Source of the DNA: Nitrosopumilus sp.
GTDB lineage: Archaea > Thermoproteota > Nitrososphaeria > Nitrososphaerales > Nitrosopumilaceae
Direction of reading: 5' to 3'
Assembly: GCA_963662625.1 (NCBI GenBank)
Contig: OY759726.1
Coordinates: forward strand, 768,001 to 832,000
DNA: 64,000 bases
The notes under the pieces are model-generated. The model worked only from the letters and a program-made list of their open reading frames with translations, had not been told where the DNA came from and searched no databases. Position numbers and translations under genes: made by a program. Below, piece after piece: positions 57,855-64,000 of the stretch (the first letter of the stretch is position 1; every line of letters begins with the position of its first letter).

Positions 57855-58592
57855 TCAGCGTTCCTGGGACGTGGGCCTGATCAGGATCTCGTTGACGTTT
57901 ACGTGCGGCGGCGACCCCACCGCGTAGACGATGGCGTCCGCGATGTCCCCGGCCTGCAGCGACTCCATCTTCCTCGCGTTCTCCACAAAGCCCTGCAGGG
58001 ACTCGTCGGTGATCGTGCCGGTCAGTTCCGTGGCCACCACCCCGGGCTCGATGCACGTGACGCGGATGTTCTTGCGCACGCTCAGTTCCGCCCTGAGGCC
58101 CTCGCTGAACGCGGTTACCGCGTGCTTGGTCGCGCAGTACACGCTCCCGGCGGGGAAGACGATCCTTCCGGCCACGGAGGAGATGTTTACGATGTGGCCG
58201 GACCCCCCCTCCAGCATGTGGGGGACGGCCGCGGCGGTGCAGTACATCACCCCCTTGACGTTGACGTCCACCATCCGGTCCCACTCGTCGACCTTCAGGT
58301 TCTTGACAAAGCTCAGCGGCATGAGGCCCGCGTTGTTTACCAGTATGTCCACGGAGCCCCACTTCTCTAGGGCGCCCCCCACGAAGGAGTCGCACTCCTC
58401 CCTCTTGGTCACGTCCAGTTTCTGCGAGAAGCAGTCCCCGGTCTGCCTGATCTTGCCTTCCAGTTCGGCCAGCCTGTCGGTCCTCCTGGCGCCGATCGCC
58501 ACCTTGGCGCCCGCCTTGGACAGCGCCAGGGCGGTGGCGTGGCCTATGCCGCTGCTCGCCCCCGTCACGACGGCCACCTTGCCTTCAATCAT
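57855..58592 (-). CDS. SDR family oxidoreductase
   Basis: TGASSGIG, NNAG, YCATK and EILIRPT. Confidence 0.95.
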   Translation of the reverse strand: MIEGKVAVVTGASSGIGHATALALSKAGAKVAIGARRTDRLAELEGKIRQTGDCFSQKLDVTKREECDSFVGGALEKWGSVDILVNNAGLMPLSFVKNLKVDEWDRMVDVNVKGVMYCTAAAVPHMLEGGSGHIVNISSVAGRIVFPAGSVYCATKHAVTAFSEGLRAELSVRKNIRVTCIEPGVVATELTGTITDESLQGFVENARKMESLQAGDIADAIVYAVGSPPHVNVNEILIRPTSQER

Positions 58593-58717
58593 GGGGCCCG
58601 CCTGCCCGGAACCGGTAGTGGCATACGGAGTGTTGGCGGGAATTTTAAATAATAACCTTGTGGCGCGGCGCGTGGGGGCCAAAGCAGTTTTAATAGAACG
58701 GGCCGGCAACGTATGGC

Positions 58718-58945
58718 ATGGGCCCGGAAAAGTGCGCGTACTGCGGCGACATGACGGACCTGCCGTTCCAGTGCAACTACTGCAAGGACCCGTTCTGCGC
58801 GGAGCACAGGCTCCCCGAGGAGCACAGGTGCGTCAAGCTGTCCCAGATCAGGGCAAAGAGGTTCGGCCAGAGGGGCGTGATCCGCGACGGGGGCCCGAGC
58901 AGGGGCGGCGTGCTCAGGCGCATATTCAGGAGGCTGAGGGGCTAG
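58718..58945 (+). CDS. AN1-type zinc-finger protein
   Basis: CAYC...PFQCNYC...FC.EHRLPE.H.C. Confidence 0.93.
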   Translation: MGPEKCAYCGDMTDLPFQCNYCKDPFCAEHRLPEEHRCVKLSQIRAKRFGQRGVIRDGGPSRGGVLRRIFRRLRG

Positions 58946-59226
58946 TACGGGGTCTTGTCCGGGGAGATCCTCGCCCGGCGGCCCTGGTAGATCAGCGCCA
59001 CGGCCAGGACGAACATCACGAATGCCGTCAGCGGGAAGTTCTGCGGGGCGGGCAGCACGAACCAGTAGTAGATCCCGAACCCTATCGCGACGGCCGCCTG
59101 GGTCCAGAGCTTGGCCCACTTGGGCGCCCTGACGAGCCTGGAGGCGGCCTCCACCAGGAAGATCCCGATCACGGGATAGATGGTGTAGAAGAGGAAGTCT
59201 ATGACGTCCACCCCCGTGTGCGACAT
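58942..59226 (-). CDS. small 3-TM membrane protein
   Basis: Three hydrophobic helices. Confidence 0.8.
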   Translation of the reverse strand: MSHTGVDVIDFLFYTIYPVIGIFLVEAASRLVRAPKWAKLWTQAAVAIGFGIYYWFVLPAPQNFPLTAFVMFVLAVALIYQGRRARISPDKTPY

Positions 59227-59257
59227 ACGTGGTGGGCGTCGCTGGCGTAATTTCTAC

Positions 59258-59815
59258 CTAGTCTTCCCAGCTGACCTTGGTCGCCGCGTTCTTGGCCACC
59301 AGTGCCTGCGCGTTCTCGTACGGGATCGTGGCGATGTCCTCGGCCTTGAACGGCCCGTACTTTTCCAGGTCCGCGCCGACGATCTCGCCCACGTCTTGGA
59401 GGAACCTCACCGCCACCGGCCTGGTCTTGTGCTTGTGGGAGACCGACTCGAGGAACTTGGACCTGCCGTGGATCGTGGCGGAGAGGATCATCTCGGCCCT
59501 CTCGCGCTGCTGCTCGCGGGCGTCGAGGATGAACTTTTCCTCGTCCAGCAGGTTCTTCGTGTCGCCGCCCTCCGGCCCGGAGGCCTTCTCGATCCTCGCG
59601 CGGATCAGCAGCGACGTCAGCTCCGTAGCCATGTCGATCATCGACTCCTTGATCTTGTCCTCCACGCCGTCGAACTCCTGCTTCCTCAGGTTCCCCAGAA
59701 ACTCCGACACGGCCCGGTAAAAGCCCGGATCCAGTTCCTGGACCGGGTCGTTCTCGGTCTCCCTGAGGACCACCGCGTGCAGGTAGCCTATGTCTATGTC
59801 GTCTGGCTTGGACAT
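59258..59815 (-). CDS. GINS complex subunit (Gins51/Psf1-like)
   Basis: L...FY, R..K, L..EE and C-terminal B-domain (G.D...YGPF...DIA..P..NA..L). Confidence 0.88.
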   Translation of the reverse strand: MSKPDDIDIGYLHAVVLRETENDPVQELDPGFYRAVSEFLGNLRKQEFDGVEDKIKESMIDMATELTSLLIRARIEKASGPEGGDTKNLLDEEKFILDAREQQRERAEMILSATIHGRSKFLESVSHKHKTRPVAVRFLQDVGEIVGADLEKYGPFKAEDIATIPYENAQALVAKNAATKVSWED

Positions 59816-59869
59816 CTCCTACCTAATCCTTAAATGCCGGATCTATTTGTGTCTGATTGAAGCGCGAAA

Positions 59870-61330
59870 TTGCCGTATAAAGTAAGCCACGGAAAGGCCG
59901 TCCAGAGCACGTATTCGCCAGACGAGGTCTTCTCCAAGATCAAGCACGAGGACATCCGGTTCATCGACCTGCAGTTCACCAGCCTGGCCGGGAGGTTCCA
60001 CCACACCACCATCTCGGCCGACACGTTCACGCCCGAGCAGATGAGGGACGGGCTGCCGAAGCTGGACGGCTCCTCGATCGTGGGCTTTACGAGCATCGAC
60101 GACTCGGATCTACTGCTAAAGCCGGATCCCAACACGTTTGCGACCATCCCCTGGCTGGTGGAGAACAAGACGGCCAGGCTGCTGTGCGACGTCTACTGGG
60201 GGGAGGACCGCGGGAGGCTGTCGAGGGACCCCCGCGGGATCTCGCAGAAGGCCGAGGAGTACGTGAAGGCCCAGGGGTACGACTACAGCGCCTGGGGCCC
60301 GGAGGTGGAGTTCTTCGTGTTTGACAAGATCCACTGGGACGTGCTGACCCCCTACAAGGGGCAGTCCTACTCCATCGAGTCAAAGGAGGCGCCCTGGAGC
60401 CAGGAGGGCTCGGGGTATCCCATGGGCCTGCAGGAGGGGTACTACCCGAGCACGCCGTCGGACACGCTTACGCCGTTCAGGAACGAGTGCGTGAACATAC
60501 TGAACAGGGACTTTGGGGTGCTCTGCGACAACCACCACCACGAGGTGGCCACGGCAGGCCAGTGCGAGATCGACGTAAAGTACGACTACATGACCAACGC
60601 CGCGGACGCGGCGCAGTCCTACAAGTACGTGATAAGGAACATCGCGGGAAAGCACGGCAAGGTGGCGACCATGATGCCAAAGCCGATCGCGATGGATTCG
60701 GGATCCGGGATGCACGTCAACGTCAGCCTGTGGAAGGGCAAGAAGAACGTCTTTTACGACCCGGAGGACGAGATAGAGCTGAGCCAGACCGCCAGGTACT
60801 TTTGCGGCGGGATCATAAGCCACGCAAAGGCGCTGTCTGCCATATGCAACCCCACCACGAACTCGTACCACAGGCTGGTCCCGGGCTACGAGGCGCCCGT
60901 GTACATCGCGTGGAGTTCCGGGAACAGGTCCGCCATCGTCCGCGTCCCGAAGCACCTGAAGGGGAAGAGGTACGCGCACCTCAAGAGGCTGGAGTTCAGG
61001 GCCCCCGACCCGTCGTCGAACCCGTACCTGGTATTCGCCGCGGTCACCGCGGCGGGGATGCACGGGATCAGGAAGAAGACGGATCCCGGCGACGAGATCC
61101 GCGACGACATCTTCAAGATGACGAAGGCGGACAGGATGAAGAGGGGGATCGGCGTGCTGCCAAAGGACCTCGGCGAGGCGCTGGACGAGCTGGAGAGCGA
61201 CAGGAAGTTCCTCAACCCGATCTACACGAACGACGTGATCGACAAGATAATCGAGCTGGAGAGGAGGGACCAGAGGGAGATAGCCATCAGGCCCCACCCC
61301 CACGAGTTTTACCTGTACTTTGACGTCTAG
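59870..61330 (+). CDS. glnA: glutamine synthetase type I
   Basis: DGSSI, GPE.EFF, HHEVA, GSGMH, RLVPGYEAP and EFRAPD. Confidence 0.97.
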   Translation: MPYKVSHGKAVQSTYSPDEVFSKIKHEDIRFIDLQFTSLAGRFHHTTISADTFTPEQMRDGLPKLDGSSIVGFTSIDDSDLLLKPDPNTFATIPWLVENKTARLLCDVYWGEDRGRLSRDPRGISQKAEEYVKAQGYDYSAWGPEVEFFVFDKIHWDVLTPYKGQSYSIESKEAPWSQEGSGYPMGLQEGYYPSTPSDTLTPFRNECVNILNRDFGVLCDNHHHEVATAGQCEIDVKYDYMTNAADAAQSYKYVIRNIAGKHGKVATMMPKPIAMDSGSGMHVNVSLWKGKKNVFYDPEDEIELSQTARYFCGGIISHAKALSAICNPTTNSYHRLVPGYEAPVYIAWSSGNRSAIVRVPKHLKGKRYAHLKRLEFRAPDPSSNPYLVFAAVTAAGMHGIRKKTDPGDEIRDDIFKMTKADRMKRGIGVLPKDLGEALDELESDRKFLNPIYTNDVIDKIIELERRDQREIAIRPHPHEFYLYFDV

Positions 61331-61671
61331 ACCCGGCCCGTGAGCTCGTAGACGTACGCCAGGGACACCCCGATCACGACGAACCCGCCCGCGAGGAACG
61401 CCACGCGCCTGTTGCCGGGGGGGCCCGTCCTGTAGGCAATCAGGTCGCCCCCCGCGCTCACGAACCTGCCAGGCCTCCTTTCGACGGTGGCCGCCCTGTG
61501 CAGCAACACCCCGCCGGCCAGGCCGCCAAACAGGACGGCGACCCCGATCAGCACCGCGACGAGGCTCGATCCCGCGATGAACGGGTGGAATACCCCGGAG
61601 AGAAGCGCGAGGAAGGCCGCCAGGTAGGCGTACCTGGATCCCAGGCGCGCCAGCGACTTAGCTGCTGCCAT
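61327..61671 (-). CDS. small membrane protein
   Basis: Three TM segments starting at MAAAKSLARLG. Confidence 0.7.
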   Translation of the reverse strand: MAAAKSLARLGSRYAYLAAFLALLSGVFHPFIAGSSLVAVLIGVAVLFGGLAGGVLLHRAATVERRPGRFVSAGGDLIAYRTGPPGNRRVAFLAGGFVVIGVSLAYVYELTGRV

Positions 61672-61721
61672 TGAAGACGGTGGTCGGGTGGGAAGATAAA
61701 CTTTTGACCGTGCCCGGGGGC

Positions 61722-63431
61722 CTACATCATGCCGCCCATGTCGGGCATGCCGCCGCCCATTCCGGGCATTCCGCCCATGCCTCCCATGCCGCCGCCCATT
61801 CCGGGCATTCCGCCCTCCGCGCCCGGGGGAGGGCCGGCCGACTTTTGCGTGGCTATGACATCGTCGATTCTCAGGATCATGCACGCGGCCTCGGAGGAGG
61901 CGGATACTATCTGCAGCTTTACCGCCAGCGGCTCGATGATGTCGCTTGAGTTCATGCTTGCGATCTTGCCCTTCATGACGTCGATCCCCGTCCACTTTTC
62001 GCCCTTCAGCTGCTTGGCCCGGAGGGTCGTCAGGGTGTCGATCGGATCCATGCCGGCGTTTTCGGCCAGCGTGAGCGGTATTGCCTCAAGCGCGTCCGCG
62101 AATTTTTCGGCGGCCAGTTGTTCCCTGCCCTCGAGGGTCTTGGCCCAGCCCCGCAGCTTCGTGGCGGCAAAGGTCTCTGGCGCCCCGCCGCCCGCCACGA
62201 TCGAAGGGCTCTTGATGACGTCCCTGACCACCATCAGGGCGTCGTGCACGGAGCGCTCGACCTCGTCGACCACGCGCTGCGAGCCGCCGCGCATGAGCAG
62301 GGTCACGGATCTGGGGTGCTTGCAGCCTTCCACGAAGACCCACTTGTCCTCCTCGATCTTCCTTTCCTCGACAAGCTCCGCGCTGCCCAGATCCTTTTCG
62401 AACAGGTCGTCAAGGTTGGTGACTATCCTGGCGCCGGTGGCCTTTGCAAGCTTGGTGAGGTCGCTCTCCTTTATCCTCCTCACGGCGACTATCCCGGCCC
62501 TGGCCAGGTAGTGCTGGGCCATGTCGTCGATCCCCTTCTGGCACATGACCACGTTTGCCCCGGATCCTATCACCTTGTCGACCATGGTCTTGAGCATCCT
62601 GTTTTCCTCGTCAAGAAATGATTTTAGCTGCTGCGGGTTTGAGATGTTTATCTTCGCGTCCGTCTCGGTTTTGTTTATCTCAAGCGCCGTGTTGATCAGC
62701 GCGATGCGGGCGGACGGTATCTTCCTGGGCATGCCGCCGTGGACTATCTCCTTGTCCAAGACGATCCCCTTTATTATCGCCGAGTCCTTGATGGAGCCCC
62801 CCGCCTTCTTTTCCACCTTGATGTCGTCTATGTCCACCGTGAGGTTGTCGCCGTCCGCCTCCACCACCGAGAGGACCGAATCCACGATGATCTTTGCGAG
62901 CTGGTCGGAGTCTTTTCGGACCAGCTTGGTCTGCATCGAGGTCTTGGCGATCTTGGTCAGGACTGCCTTGTCCTTTGCCGGGACCGCGTCGGCGATGCTT
63001 TCAAGGTACTCCTTGGCCTTCTTTGCGGCCTTCCTGTAGCCGTCTACGATGATGGTGGGATGCACGTCCTGTTCCAGGAGCGACTCGGCGCTCTCCAAAA
63101 GCGCGCCGGCGAGAACCACTGCCGACGTCGTCCCGTCGCCCACCTCGTTGTCGGTGGTTTTTGCAATCTCGACGAGCATCTTGGCCGCCGGGTGCTGGAC
63201 GTCGATCTCCTTGAGGATGGTCGCGCCGTCGTTCGTGATGGTGACGTCCCCCAGCGAGTCTACTAGCATCTTGTCCATGCCCCTCGGGCCCAGGCTGGTA
63301 TGCACTATCTCGGCGATGATTTTTGATGCCGCGACGTTGTTCTTCTGGGCTTCCCTGCCCTTGGTCTCGGAGCTGCCCTCTTTGAGCAAGACCACGGGCA
63401 TGTTGCCTTTCGAGGTCGCTTGTATGGCCAT
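61722..63431 (-). CDS. ths: thermosome (group II chaperonin) subunit
   Basis: [27 protein letters not shown] and GGM tail. Confidence 0.97.
   Translation of the reverse strand: MAIQATSKGNMPVVLLKEGSSETKGREAQKNNVAASKIIAEIVHTSLGPRGMDKMLVDSLGDVTITNDGATILKEIDVQHPAAKMLVEIAKTTDNEVGDGTTSAVVLAGALLESAESLLEQDVHPTIIVDGYRKAAKKAKEYLESIADAVPAKDKAVLTKIAKTSMQTKLVRKDSDQLAKIIVDSVLSVVEADGDNLTVDIDDIKVEKKAGGSIKDSAIIKGIVLDKEIVHGGMPRKIPSARIALINTALEINKTETDAKINISNPQQLKSFLDEENRMLKTMVDKVIGSGANVVMCQKGIDDMAQHYLARAGIVAVRRIKESDLTKLAKATGARIVTNLDDLFEKDLGSAELVEERKIEEDKWVFVEGCKHPRSVTLLMRGGSQRVVDEVERSVHDALMVVRDVIKSPSIVAGGGAPETFAATKLRGWAKTLEGREQLAAEKFADALEAIPLTLAENAGMDPIDTLTTLRAKQLKGEKWTGIDVMKGKIASMNSSDIIEPLAVKLQIVSASSEAACMILRIDDVIATQKSAGPPPGAEGGMPGMGGGMGGMGGMPGMGGGMPDMGGMM
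61725..61815 (-). repeat. Gly-Gly-Met coding repeat at the thermosome C-terminus
   Basis: [30 protein letters not shown]. Confidence 0.85.
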
Positions 63432-63621
63432 GGTTTAGCAAGTTCCAGACTCCCTTTTTATACTTTACAGATCGCGGGCGGCCCGTAGAACCACGTTGCG
63501 GGGCGCAGGCACGCCTGCCGCCCGGCGCCCTTGCGGGGGGCCGGGCCCGGCGGGCGGCGCGGCCCCGCGCGGCGTTTTAGGTGGCCAGAGTTTTTAAGTT
63601 AGGAGGGCCGCAGTGGTCAGC

Positions 63622-64000
63622 ATGGCAAAGGCAAACAGGGAGGCCTACAAGAAGATCTTCTCGAAGCTCAGGGAGCACAACAGGTGGTTTGAGGGCTCGA
63701 TCCCGCTGATTGCGAGCGAGAACGTGCCCAGCCCCGCGGTCAGGGAGGCGATCATCTCCGATTTCGGGAACAGGTACGCCGAGGGGTGGCCGGGGGAGAG
63801 GGTCTATGCGGGGTGCACGTACATCGACGACGTCGAGGTGGAGTGCATGAAGCTCGCAAGGAGGCTGTTCCGGGCCAAGTTTGCCGACGTGAGGCCCGTG
63901 TCCGGAGTCGTGGCAAACCTTGTAGTCTATTCGGCCTTTACGGATCCGGGGGACGTGATGCTTGCCCCCTCGATTCCGGCCGGGGGCCACATATCCCACG
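63622..64000 (+). CDS. glyA: serine hydroxymethyltransferase (partial, runs off the window)
   Basis: LIASEN..S, RYAEGWPGERVYAG, SG..AN and GGHISH. Confidence 0.95.
   Translation, partial: MAKANREAYKKIFSKLREHNRWFEGSIPLIASENVPSPAVREAIISDFGNRYAEGWPGERVYAGCTYIDDVEVECMKLARRLFRAKFADVRPVSGVVANLVVYSAFTDPGDVMLAPSIPAGGHISH

Noticed and set aside
61725-61815. Tandem DNA repeat
   Set aside because: It is explained by the common GGM tail of chaperonins.

Overview
This window is archaeal and almost certainly from an ammonia-oxidising thaumarchaeon (Nitrosopumilaceae-like). The evidence is CdvB/ESCRT-III, GINS, PriS/PriL, a thermosome, L44e/S27e, AcnX/UbiD mevalonate genes, cobalamin genes and archaeal TATA boxes. 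It is unusually GC-rich, with intergenic spacers close to pure G+C, which resembles animal-associated (e.g. sponge) lineages; that link is an inference. Most of the window is core housekeeping: 7-deazaguanine genes (queE, folE, queC), thrB, cysH-sat, cobalamin genes, glyS, primase, asd, cyoE, an RNA-processing cluster (rnz, thpR, cca, tRNA-Pro), glnA, thermosome and a partial glyA. One complete ISH3-like insertion sequence is present (18-bp perfect TIRs, 5-bp TSD), and its second catalytic Asp appears mutated. I found no CRISPR array, prophage or obvious multi-gene defence island. The strongest leads are: (1) an Lrp/AsnC gene that appears to start at ACG, downstream of a perfect Lrp-type palindrome; (2) a convergent pair of paralogous Trp-rich amphipathic repeat proteins; (3) a MurI-like racemase with both catalytic Cys replaced by Ser; (4) a consistent AT-to-GC erosion signature; (5) a small MITE-like element.
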